From contig CAWDKY010000015.1 of assembly GCA_963802945.1 (NCBI GenBank), positions 384,001-448,000 of the forward strand: 64,000 nt of DNA. Reading direction: 5' to 3'. Below the pieces are notes generated by a model, which did no database searches, had not been told where the DNA came from, and saw only the letters and a list, made by a program, of their open reading frames with translations. Origin of the DNA: an uncultured delta proteobacterium (GTDB taxonomy: Bacteria; Desulfobacterota; RBG-13-43-22). Shown one piece after another: positions 1 to 9,072 of this stretch (the first letter of the stretch is position 1; each line of letters opens with the position of its first letter). The translations under genes were made by a program, and so were the position numbers.

Positions 1-1615
1 CAGGCCCCCCCATCTTCTCCACCAGAGTGTTGCTGTGGAGCAGGATACTGGAAGATATCAGGAGGGTTTTGCAATCCATCTCCTGGAGTAGATGATCCTT
101 TACCAAACGGTCGCGGGTGGATACGAAATAGGTGTTGGGTTCATGATCCTTCACTATGCCGAGGAACTCGGACCGTTCCTGGATCGTCTTCATGGCAATG
201 TTTGGCTTCTTACCATGCAGGTAGTAGGTGGCCACATTTCGGGCAAAGGGGGTTTCATAAGGTGTTCTTTGGTAGAAGATCACGGTTACGGGTGTATGCT
301 CATTGAAATACTGATTCAACCTCTTGGAAAACTCAATATGCTGAGCCACTGGCACAAAAAGCAGGAGAACCAGAAGGAGGGTATTGATCAAGACGGAAAT
401 CAGCACCACCACCTTGACCGCCGAGGAAAGATCGGCTTTCCGAATGCGTACCGGCAGCTTATTAAGATAGTCCCTGAGTCCGTAGCCGAGGATTACCGGT
501 AAAATTCCAAAGATGGGGAAGAGAAAGCGATCCTCTTTATGTGGAATGAGGCAGTGGCCCAAGAGGAAGAAGCCCACGCTCAAGCTGTAAGGATCGCGGA
601 AGGTTTTGATTAAACCTCTCCCCAGGAAAAATAGGAAGATGACGCTCAGGGGAGGGGCGGTGAGGGCTATGGAAAGAACCCCCACATAAATCCAGACCGA
701 GTTTGTACTCATGGCCCTGCCCTGTATCACATTGATCTTCCAGTAGGTATAGGGTGTGAAGGCGAACTGTCCATAGTAGTGGCTGTCAAGTAGAACATTG
801 AAGGCGGTTCCAATGAGGAAACCCAGGGCGATTCCGGAAATCGTCGGTAACGAAGCTTTTTCAAAGAACAGCAGCCAAATGCCCAGTCCGATCATGGCGA
901 ATCCCATTTGAAACCGGAAAAAGAAGGCCAGGCTCAGTACAAACCCGACCAGCAGGCCTTTCCACACCGTCATCGAACGGGCACTCAAGTACCTGTAAAG
1001 CAGGATCGCTGAAAAGTAAGTAAGACCTCCGAAGATTTCAGAAGAAAAGAGGGTCTTGATGAAAGGGAAAGCCCAGGAGAAGTTGGCGATCAGAAGCAGG
1101 AGGTAAAGGGTCAGTCTGCTGTCGTTCCTGAAGGTTCGCAGAATGATGTAGTTAAATAGCGTAAAATTCAGGAGGCTGGTGATTATTCGCAGGATCGTGT
1201 GCGCTGTATAAGGATCTCCCAAATGCAAGAATTGCATGGCCTGGTAGAAGCCGAGAAAAAGATAGACCTGAAGGGTCTGACGTACTTGCTCTGGGAGCTC
1301 CCGGGCCATCAGATTGAAGGGCGTGATGCCCAATTTGTAGGTGGCAAACTCGATGATCGAATGATGCTGATCCGGGTGATAATATCCAATAGCGTTCAGG
1401 GCTGAAATCATTTGAATGATGAATCCCGAGAAGATTATTAGGGAAATATTTCTATCCCAGGTTCCGGATAACCCGTTGTTGCCAAACACGGGAGGGGGTA
1501 CGTCGTTCAAAAGATTTTGCGAGTCAGTCCTCATATCTTGTCCGATCGCCTTAGGTGAAGTTCCTGGAGCGCTATAGGAGGCTGGTCTTGCTCTCAGGAG
1601 ATTTTCCTTTTTCAT
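1..1615 (-). CDS. GT-C membrane glycosyltransferase, PIG-B/Alg9-like (runs off the window edge)
   Basis: Manual translation of the minus strand (absent from the ORF track because no stop is in the window): multi-TM protein with GYYHPDQHHSIIEFA near the N-terminus and HKEDRFLFP; ATG at 1615 or 1534. Confidence 0.7.
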   Translation of the reverse strand, partial: MKKENLLRARPASYSAPGTSPKAIGQDMRTDSQNLLNDVPPPVFGNNGLSGTWDRNISLIIFSGFIIQMISALNAIGYYHPDQHHSIIEFATYKLGITPFNLMARELPEQVRQTLQVYLFLGFYQAMQFLHLGDPYTAHTILRIITSLLNFTLFNYIILRTFRNDSRLTLYLLLLIANFSWAFPFIKTLFSSEIFGGLTYFSAILLYRYLSARSMTVWKGLLVGFVLSLAFFFRFQMGFAMIGLGIWLLFFEKASLPTISGIALGFLIGTAFNVLLDSHYYGQFAFTPYTYWKINVIQGRAMSTNSVWIYVGVLSIALTAPPLSVIFLFFLGRGLIKTFRDPYSLSVGFFLLGHCLIPHKEDRFLFPIFGILPVILGYGLRDYLNKLPVRIRKADLSSAVKVVVLISVLINTLLLVLLLFVPVAQHIEFSKRLNQYFNEHTPVTVIFYQRTPYETPFARNVATYYLHGKKPNIAMKTIQERSEFLGIVKDHEPNTYFVSTRDRLVKDHLLQEMDCKTLLISSSILLHSNTLVEKMGGP

Positions 1616-1694
1616 GGTGCGAAACCTACAGCCACCTTCAGGGTATTGCCTGGAAAATCTCCGGGAGGATCATTCCTTCAATTATTTTTAAACA

Positions 1695-1755
1695 CTTGCC
1701 CTTAAAATGAAAAGTATAAAAAAAGAAAAAAACACAGTCAAGGAGAAAATAGGGC
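1695..1755 (-). promoter_or_regulatory. IS91-end-like repeat copy 1 with sigma70 promoter facing the GT-C gene
   Basis: Minus strand CCCTATTTTCTCC-TTGACT-N17-TATACT; similar to 2206-2276 and 3412-3490. Confidence 0.55.
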
Positions 1756-1892
1756 GGAAAGCGGAGGAGAACCTTTTCGGGAGAAAACGAGAACAATGAG
1801 GGAGAGACAACTCCATGTTTTAAGGTTTGAAGACCCTTCAGGACTGTCGATATCTTTTATTTTAAAAGAATATGCAATCTCCAGGTATAGGC

Positions 1893-2104
1893 CTGTGCCT
1901 GCACCCGTATATCGGCCCCGAAATCCCAAACAGACCCCTTACTATCGCTCCGTTGAAGACCAGCTTGAAACCCTGGAGCAAGTCTATGAAGATCGTTTTG
2001 AAAGGATATCCGGATTCTTTTGCCCCCATGTCAAACAAGTTATGGAGCGGTATCTGGATTGCGGCAATCTCCTCAAAGGAAAGATCAGGACATCTAAATA
2101 TTAG
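1893..2104 (+). pseudogene. IS91-family transposase N-terminal fragment
   Basis: VYRPRNPKQTPYYRSVEDQLETLEQVYEDRFERISGFFCPHVKQVMERYLDCGNL matches the N-terminus of IS91/Y2 transposases; truncated after YLDCG. Confidence 0.75.
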
Positions 2105-2205
2105 AAGCCTGCTCCTATGTTTTCACTTTTTGGCTTCTGTTGGCTCAAGAAGGTCCTTCTATCCTTCAGCTAATCGGCCTAAACCTCCTTAAATCCCTTG
2201 GCTAC

Positions 2206-2276
2206 CCCTATTTTTTCTCCTTGACCGCTCTTTCGTTTTATTTTATACTCTTACCATTCAAAAGCAAAGAATTATC
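2206..2276 (+). promoter_or_regulatory. IS91-end-like repeat copy 2 with sigma70 promoter
   Basis: CCCTATTTTTTCTCC-TTGACC-N17-TATACT-CTTACCATTCAAAAGCAAAGAATTATC. Confidence 0.55.
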
Positions 2277-2278
2277 AA

Positions 2279-2446
2279 ATGGGCGGTAACGAATTTCATC
2301 TGGCTTTTAAGGTGGATGATCTTGCAGCATCGTATGCTCCTCCTGAAACGATGGACTGCATCTGTTTTGAAGACAAGGCAATGGGCATTTACTTCATCCA
2401 CGATCCGGATGATTATTGGATTGAAATTATCCTTCAAAAGAAATAG
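2279..2446 (+). pseudogene. C-terminal half of lactoylglutathione lyase (VOC/glyoxalase)
   Basis: NEFHLAFKVDD...MDCICFEDKAMGIYFIHDPDDYWIEII; N-terminal half missing, begins right after the IS91-like end. Confidence 0.65.
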
Positions 2447-2519
2447 AAATATAACCATTGGTGCCGATCACTATGGTCCGTATGCGATCGGATGAATAAT
2501 AAATAAAGGAGGCAATCCG

Positions 2520-3143
2520 ATGAAGAAGTCAATTTTTAAAATGTTATTTTTGACATTGGTGATTATCACACCTGTTTCAGTAATGGCCCAGGTAAGCGTG
2601 AATGTCAATATTCCTCTGCCTCCGCCGATTATCTTTCCGGCGCCACCCGAGATGGTAGTAATACCTGAAACGTATGTCTATGCTGTGCCTGATGTGCAAG
2701 AGGAAATATTTTTTTACAACGGCTGGTGGTGGCGTCCATGGGAAGGGCGCTGGTACCGCTCACGGTACTACGACAGAGATTGGGTGTATTTTAATCATGT
2801 CCCTCATTTCTATTTGAACATACCCCCGAGCTGGAGGGATGATTATCGACATCATCGCTGGAGAGGGCAACGTTGGGAGCACCAGCGGATACATTATTCC
2901 GAACTGCAAAGCAACTGGCGTGATTGGCAAAAAGACAGGCGTTGGGAAAAGCAAAACACCTGGGGTGTCCAGGGCCTGCAGCCAAGACCGCAAGGGCCGC
3001 AGTCAAAACCACAGGGCCTGCAGCCAAGGCCACAAGGGCCGCAGTCAAAACCACAGGTCATACAGCCAAAACCACTGGTCAGGCAGCAGCCAAGACCACT
3101 GGTCAGGCAGCCAAAACCACTGGGACATAAACCAGAAAAGTAA
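2520..3143 (+). CDS. Secreted Pro/Trp-rich protein (YXWGXW-like) with C-terminal PQ repeats
   Basis: AAGGAGG RBS, signal peptide, VNVNIPLPPPIIFPAPPEMVVIP, Trp/Arg-rich middle. Confidence 0.75.
   Translation: MKKSIFKMLFLTLVIITPVSVMAQVSVNVNIPLPPPIIFPAPPEMVVIPETYVYAVPDVQEEIFFYNGWWWRPWEGRWYRSRYYDRDWVYFNHVPHFYLNIPPSWRDDYRHHRWRGQRWEHQRIHYSELQSNWRDWQKDRRWEKQNTWGVQGLQPRPQGPQSKPQGLQPRPQGPQSKPQVIQPKPLVRQQPRPLVRQPKPLGHKPEK
2970..3124 (+). repeat. In-frame tandem repeat (42-bp unit x2 plus ~21-bp units)
   Basis: QGLQPRPQGPQSKP twice, then QPKPLVRQ-type units. Confidence 0.85.
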
Positions 3144-3208
3144 AAGTTAAGGCACTTACTTGATGGTTTTGGTAGTCCTTCGAGAGATAGCTTTTGTTTT
3201 TTAAATAG

Positions 3209-3234
3209 AAAGGGGAGGCATAGCCTCCCCTTTA
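3209..3234 (+). terminator. Probable intrinsic terminator
   Basis: AAAGGGGAGGC-ATA-GCCTCCCCTTT hairpin after the 2520-3143 gene. Confidence 0.55.
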
Positions 3235-3317
3235 AAGGCTGGACCAATTAGTTTTTAGAAAGTTTTAAGCGCAGATTTCAATTGATAACCATTATCAAGT
3301 CGGTAAAAGATTTAATC

Positions 3318-3401
3318 TTTAGCAAACCAACCAGAGACCCCCACCCAAACACAAAGTCCGCGAACTTAAGAGAGACTCCTTGGATTCCCTGCTTCCTTCT
3401 A
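3318..3401 (+). repeat. ~80-bp direct repeat copy A (IS91 transposase 3' tail)
   Basis: AGCAAACCAACCAG...CCCAAACACAAAGTCCGCGAACTTAAGAGAGA...GGATTCCCTG recurs at 6574-6659. Confidence 0.85.
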
Positions 3402-3411
3402 CTTGTTGTTC

Positions 3412-3490
3412 GCTCTATTTTTCTCCTTGACGGTGTTCTTTTTCTTGTTTTATATTCTTCCTATTAAAATTAAAAAGAAAATTCTTATCA
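3412..3490 (+). promoter_or_regulatory. IS91-end-like repeat copy 3 with promoter facing the MBOAT operon
   Basis: CTATTTTTCTCC-TTGACG-N18-TATATT...AAAGAAAATTCTTATC. Confidence 0.5.
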
Positions 3491-3608
3491 AAAAAGACAA
3501 GACCTATGGATAAAGTAATGATTGACTCCGGTTGAATATACCGATATTGTTTTTTATTAAAAAAACAAGAAAACCCATCTTCTTTGCCATCCGGCAACCC
3601 AAAACAAA

Positions 3609-5078
3609 ATGGTTTTCAGTTCACTTCTTTTCCTTTTTCTATTCTTGCCCATCGTCTTAACCGGCTATTTTCTGTTCAGGAAGAACACCCGCAATTTTTT
3701 TCTCCTGGTGGCAAGTCTTTTCTTTTATACCTGGGGAGAGATGCAATTTGTCCCGATAATAATGATTTCCATGATTTTTAATTATTTTTTTGCCATCCTC
3801 ATCAAAACCTTCCAAAAATCAGAAATTTTGAAATCAAAAGAGGCCAGGATCGTTTTATGGCTGGCTGTTATTTTCAATCTGGGTCTCTTAGGTTTTTACA
3901 AGTACGCCCTTTTTTTAGCGGCAAATTTCAATTCGGCCATGCATGTCTTGGGTTTGTCCTATTCGTTGACCTTCCAGGCGATCCACCTGCCTCTTGGCAT
4001 CTCTTTCTTGACTTTTCGAGCCCTATCATATGTGATCGATGTTTACAACCGTAAAGTGACCAGTTCAAAAAGCTTGGTGACCATATCCCTATACCTGTCC
4101 TTTTTCCCTTTGACCATAGCTGGACCCATTGTTCGCTACAGTGAAATGGCCTCCCGGCTGCTGAAAAGGGTTGTGACCCTGGAAATGTTTTCGATGGGAA
4201 TGAGACGATTTATTTTCGGGCTGGGAAAGAAGTGCCTGATAGCCAATACACTGGCTTCCGTTTCCGACCGGGTGTTTGCCATATCACCCGACCGGATTAC
4301 TTGCGAACTCGCCTGGCTTGGAATCCTTTGTTACACCCTTCAGATCTATTTCGATTTCTCAGGTTACTCCGATATGGCCATCGGTCTGGGAAAAATGTTC
4401 GGATTCGAATTTCTGGAAAACTTCAATTACCCTTATATCTCCCAATCCATCAGAGAATTCTGGAGGAGATGGCACATTTCCTTATCGACCTGGTTTCGGG
4501 ATTACCTCTATATTCCCTTAGGCGGAAATCGTGTCCAACCCTACCGGACATATGGGAATCTGATCACCGTCTTCTTCCTTTGCGGATTATGGCATGGTGC
4601 CGAGTGGACTTTCGTCATCTGGGGACTGTGGCATGGATTTTTTATCATTTTGGAACGGCTTGGATTAGGTAGGCTGCTCGATTCATTCTGGAAACCTTTG
4701 AAACATCTATATGTCCTGCTGGTCGTCATCTTTGGTTGGGTATTCTTCCGGTCGGAGTCCTTGTCTTATGCAGCGGCCTATTTCCAGGCTTTGTTGGGGT
4801 TGACGAAAGGAAACGGATTGGAATTTCCCCTGTCACTATTTCTGAATAGGGAAATTGCAACAGCCCTCTGTGCCGGTGTGGTCTTTTCAGGACCTGTTCT
4901 GGCGTGGGCCGACGGACTGAGGAGAAAAGCCTTCACAAGATCCGGCGCAGTTTCCATCAGGCTTGTGGACCACGGGATTTCGATCGGAAAGGTGATGGTC
5001 CTGGGGATTCTTCTTGTTGCCTCGGTCATTTCTTTAGCCGGAGGGACCTATAATCCTTTCATCTATTTCAGGTTTTGA
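3609..5078 (+). CDS. MBOAT O-acyltransferase (AlgI/DltB/PatA family)
   Basis: MVFSSLLFLFLFLP start, LPLGISF, QIYFDFSGYSDMAIGLG, FWRRWHISLSTWFRDYLYIPLGG, GLWHGA, YNPFIYFRF end. Confidence 0.95.
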   Translation: MVFSSLLFLFLFLPIVLTGYFLFRKNTRNFFLLVASLFFYTWGEMQFVPIIMISMIFNYFFAILIKTFQKSEILKSKEARIVLWLAVIFNLGLLGFYKYALFLAANFNSAMHVLGLSYSLTFQAIHLPLGISFLTFRALSYVIDVYNRKVTSSKSLVTISLYLSFFPLTIAGPIVRYSEMASRLLKRVVTLEMFSMGMRRFIFGLGKKCLIANTLASVSDRVFAISPDRITCELAWLGILCYTLQIYFDFSGYSDMAIGLGKMFGFEFLENFNYPYISQSIREFWRRWHISLSTWFRDYLYIPLGGNRVQPYRTYGNLITVFFLCGLWHGAEWTFVIWGLWHGFFIILERLGLGRLLDSFWKPLKHLYVLLVVIFGWVFFRSESLSYAAAYFQALLGLTKGNGLEFPLSLFLNREIATALCAGVVFSGPVLAWADGLRRKAFTRSGAVSIRLVDHGISIGKVMVLGILLVASVISLAGGTYNPFIYFRF

Positions 5079-5085
5079 TAGCTCT

Positions 5086-6195
5086 ATGATGAAAATCCTC
5101 AAATCATTCACCTCAATAAAGTCCTCTTCCCATCAAATCATTAGAAGGCCGTGGGAGGCCTTCCTGAGGATGTTCTGGATCGGCTTGTTTTTCATTTTCC
5201 TTTGGGTGCCTCTGATAAACATGTTTTTCCCCCTGCTTCCGAGACCGGAAAATGCCGAAAAAAGAATACTCGCTCAAAGGCCAGAACTCCAGCGGAGGAC
5301 CATTACCGATTACCCTAAAAATTACGAGCGCTATTTCAATGACCATTTTGGAGGTCGAAATCTCCTTGTTCATTTGAATAGTTACATTCAAGTCCGGTGG
5401 TTTAAGGTGTCGCCTCTCAGGAGTGTTCTGATCGGTAAGGAAGGCTGGCTCTTTTATACTCTGGATAATGGCATTAACGACTATAGGGGATTAGCCCCTT
5501 TTTCTCAGGAACACCTGGAGGCAATCCGTCGGAATATCCTCAAGCAGACTTCCTGGTTAAGGGAAAAGGGAATCCACTACCTTATTCTGATATGCCCTAA
5601 TAAACATACGATCTACCCAGAGTATTTACCGGACGGGATTACACGGGTGAACCCAATGACGAGATTGGATCAAATCGTCGAATATTTGAGGGGGAATGAA
5701 AAGGCCGTTCTTATCGATGTCCGGAAGGAAATTAAAGAAGCAAAAAATAATCTTTTGGTTTATTCGATGACCGATACCCACTGGAACAGTTATGGGGCCT
5801 TTATTGCTTATCAGAAAACCATGGAGGCCCTTTCAAAAAGCTTTCCCTCGGCGGCTCCCCTGGCGGTTTCCGATTTTGCTGTTTCGGTTAAACCCAACCA
5901 AGGTCTTGGGGACCTGGCCGTTATGTTATCTCTAAAAGGGAAACTTAAGGATCAGGACGTGAACTTAGAACTGAAAGATGATTCGTCGGCTCAAAAAAAG
6001 AAAATCCCCAAGGCCGTCATCCTCCATGACTCTTTTATTTTCTCCATAAACCCTTTCCTGGAACACCATTTCGACCAGATGGTTCTGCAACACTGGGGTG
6101 AACATGGATTCGATTACCATTTGATCGAACAGGAAAAACCGTCGGTGGTCATTTTTCAAATAGTCGAACGCCGTCTTGATGCTTTGCTCAAGTAG
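5086..6195 (+). CDS. AlgJ/AlgX-like SGNH polysaccharide O-acetyltransferase
   Basis: N-terminal TM, GKEGWLF, PNKHTIYPEYLP, TDTHWN, follows MBOAT gene. Confidence 0.9.
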   Translation: MMKILKSFTSIKSSSHQIIRRPWEAFLRMFWIGLFFIFLWVPLINMFFPLLPRPENAEKRILAQRPELQRRTITDYPKNYERYFNDHFGGRNLLVHLNSYIQVRWFKVSPLRSVLIGKEGWLFYTLDNGINDYRGLAPFSQEHLEAIRRNILKQTSWLREKGIHYLILICPNKHTIYPEYLPDGITRVNPMTRLDQIVEYLRGNEKAVLIDVRKEIKEAKNNLLVYSMTDTHWNSYGAFIAYQKTMEALSKSFPSAAPLAVSDFAVSVKPNQGLGDLAVMLSLKGKLKDQDVNLELKDDSSAQKKKIPKAVILHDSFIFSINPFLEHHFDQMVLQHWGEHGFDYHLIEQEKPSVVIFQIVERRLDALLK

Positions 6196-6254
6196 AAAGG
6201 GCGGAAGATGATGTCTCTGAATAACCTTCCAAGGTAACTTCCGGATCACCCCCC

Positions 6255-6420
6255 CCTTATAGAAAGGAAAGTAACCATAATAGCGAACCATTTGTTCATC
6301 CTGGTCGGGGAGATGATTGCATAAGGCAGTCAAAGGTGGGATCAATCATTCTAGGACATCGAAGCTCTTTTCGTGTAGATTATCCTTGGATCGATAGATG
6401 ATCTAGAACTACTCCGGGAG
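6255..6420 (-). pseudogene. IS91-family transposase internal fragment
   Basis: Minus strand IYRSKDNLHEKSFDVLE* ... LCNHLPDQDEQMVRYYGY (Y2 catalytic region), disrupted. Confidence 0.7.
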
Positions 6421-6461
6421 ATCAAATACGGTTCTTCAATTAAGACGCCGGTCGCTTAAGT

Positions 6462-6659
6462 AAAAATCATGAGGTCGATCCCCTAACCGGCCACAACTGC
6501 CGGGGTATGAAGCGGATTAACAGCATTATCGTAGACCAGGAAGTGATCAACAAGATTTTAGGGCACGTGGCCTTTTAGCAAACCAACCAGGGACTTCCCA
6601 CCCAAACACAAAGTCCGCGAACTTAAGAGAGAGTCATCGGATTCCCTGATTCCTTTCTA
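6462..6659 (+). pseudogene. IS91-family transposase C-terminal fragment including direct-repeat copy B
   Basis: EVDPLTGHNCRGMKRINSIIVDQEVINKILGHV resembles the EVDPLxCPxCxGxMRII...VIxKILxHL tail of IS91 transposases. Confidence 0.7.
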
Positions 6660-6880
6660 TGAGGATCCCTGATTAGGATTTCGGGGCTCATGAAGATTAC
6701 TCGACCGCGAATTACACGAGTCTGCCATCCATCCACCCAACCTTCGAAACCTGAATTCGCGTAAGGTCACTTACACCGAAATGATATTTTTTGTCTGCCT
6801 CAGCGATATGGATAGGCGCCACATCGGGAAGGAGTGTGGCCTTAGCGCCAGGTGAAAACAGAAGGAAATTCGGCCAGGCA

Positions 6881-7807
6881 TCACCTGAGGGGTAGCCGCT
6901 CCAAGAGTTGACCGACGATGCCATCCCCTTCATTCGGTTCCTTGAGGCCCACGACCCCCACCACAAATGAACCAGACTGGTGCAAGGCCGTACCCTGGTA
7001 AAGGGGGTCGATCACCTGGAGAGAGGCGCCCTTTTTATCGCCGGAAATTTGGGGTACAACCTTGGCCTCCTTGAGGTACTTCACGTATTCGTGGAAGGTC
7101 CGGCCGGCCGCCTCCTCTGACCCGGCCAGTATGACAATAGCCTTGGCCGGCTTCCCCTTGGTCGTCACCTCTACGGTGAGACCCCTTCCAAAGAAGCTGT
7201 AGCCAAGCAACCCCCGGGGATAGTATTTTTCTGTGAGGGCAACGGCGCCGGCCACTTTGAGGAGCTCGAGCTCCCGGGGTTTTTCCCGGCCTTGGGGAAG
7301 GTTGTGTGAGACGGCTTCAGCGCACGACAGAAACAGGCTTGGTTCCTGGGTGAGCGTCCCGGAGGTCTCGATCTGAACGAAGTAACGATCCTGGTAAAAC
7401 ATCAATTCCGTTTCATCAAGGAAACCTTCTGCACCCACTTTCATTTGCGGTAGCGTTGCACTACGATAGTTCGAATAGATGCCAAAGGCATCGAGCGGCG
7501 ATCCCATCTCGAAGATGTTGACTACCAGGCCGTTCTCCTGGGGTCCGCCTGAGGGTGTAGTGACCTTCATGTATCTAACTGTCGTGGCCCTCTTGAAGCC
7601 GTACGGCAAATAGAGCTCAGCCTCCCCGTTGATATACCTGTAAAGGTTCTCCGGGGTATAAGTCGCCACCTTGCCCTCCATAGCCCATTCAGGGGCACAA
7701 CTCGTTGGAAGGAGACCCTCAGGTAGCTTCTCAGCCGCTGATCCCGGAGAGACAAAAGACAGCACGGCCGCCGTGCAAAGAATAAAAACCAGAGCGAAAC
7801 GGGTCAT
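6881..7807 (-). CDS. Secreted protein, DUF6599-like
   Basis: Signal peptide from ATG 7807 (ATGA overlap with upstream gene); LYRYINGEAELYLPYGF and IFEMGSPLDAFGIYS motifs. Confidence 0.7.
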   Translation of the reverse strand: MTRFALVFILCTAAVLSFVSPGSAAEKLPEGLLPTSCAPEWAMEGKVATYTPENLYRYINGEAELYLPYGFKRATTVRYMKVTTPSGGPQENGLVVNIFEMGSPLDAFGIYSNYRSATLPQMKVGAEGFLDETELMFYQDRYFVQIETSGTLTQEPSLFLSCAEAVSHNLPQGREKPRELELLKVAGAVALTEKYYPRGLLGYSFFGRGLTVEVTTKGKPAKAIVILAGSEEAAGRTFHEYVKYLKEAKVVPQISGDKKGASLQVIDPLYQGTALHQSGSFVVGVVGLKEPNEGDGIVGQLLERLPLR

Positions 7808-8973
7808 GCAAATAGGCTCCTGGCTTGACGCATCTTTTCGGCAATATTCAGCCCGTGTACGCATTGGGCAACACATCCGGGGCAGGTCGAGCAAAGGGAG
7901 GCCTTAGGCGCCTCATCGAAGGTGGCCTTGGCCAGCGCATATTCTTTATAGCCCTGGGCATACATGAGAGCGCGGTTGACAATGCTGATGCCTACCCCGT
8001 TGGGACAGGTGTCTTCGCATTGCCCGCAGAGCCTGCAGTAGTAAGGATCGATGGCCTGTGCAGTAGTTTCGAAGAATGCGCTCATCGGTCTTCGTCAGTT
8101 TCATTCCCATGACAGGCACCATTTGGGTGACCTGCTCGATCGTCCTCATCCCCGGAATTGCGGTACTCACGTTCGTATCCTGGAGCACCCACTTCAGATT
8201 GGCAGCGGCCTGCTCGGGAGTTATGGCTTTGGCATCTTCCCTCGTCCTGTAACCGCCCATCTGGATCTTCATGGCGATCACGCCGATCCCTGCCGCCTTT
8301 GCCCTGGCGATGGCCTCTTTCACGGAGGGTTCCGTCTTGAAGTTATAGGCCACTAGGACAGTATCGAAAAACTTTTCCGGGTCATTTACCACCGCATTGA
8401 TGACCTCCGCCTGGTTGGTATGGGTGGTGACGCCGAAGAAACGGACCTTCCCCTGTTCTTTAAGTTTGGCATAAGCCTCCCTCACCTCTGGTATAAAGGC
8501 CCGCTCACGACTGTCAAGATTGTGGAGTTGGATCACGTCGATACGGTCGGTATGGAGATTCATAAGACTCGTCTCCACATCCTTCATGATGGCTTCCTTG
8601 GTGTTCGAGGCTCGGCAGGGTTTTCGTCGCCACATAAACCTTGTCGCGTATTCCCTTGAGGGCCCTCGACACGATCTCTTCGCTCCTTCCGTTCAGATAT
8701 CGCCGGGCCGTATCCACGTAGTTGATGCCCATATCGAGACCGGCTCTTATCACCTCAGACTCCGGGGTGAGCATGGCACCGAAGCTGAGGGTTGTGACCT
8801 TGAGCCCGGTTCGGCCCAGCGTGCGAAAGGCGAGCTGTTGCGGCCAGCTCGGCCCCGAAAAGGTTGCCCACGCCCGTAAGACCAAGGGCGACTGCCCCGG
8901 CACCGGCCACCCCGATCTTCAGTAAATCTCTCCTGTTTATTGAACGTTCCTCATCCATCTTCGTATCCTCCAA
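7804..8973 (-). pseudogene. Tat-signal aldo/keto reductase with C-terminal 4Fe-4S domain, split by 3 frameshifts
   Basis: Fragments give NRRDLLK Tat motif, RTLGRTGLKV, GINYVDTARRY, DRIDVIQLHN, GVIAMK, CRLCGQCEDTCP. Confidence 0.8.
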
Positions 8974-9072
8974 AGGTTTAAGTGTTGTTACCTAAAATTG
9001 CACTCAGTAAAATATTATACCTCTTTCTGAACAGTAGTCAAATGGGGTGACCAGCAAATGAAGCCCCTCGCG

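Noticed and set aside
92-1405. Plus-strand ORFs 92-502 and 1199-1405, and similar antisense ORFs across the window
   Set aside because: Shadows of well-supported genes on the opposite strand with no motifs of their own
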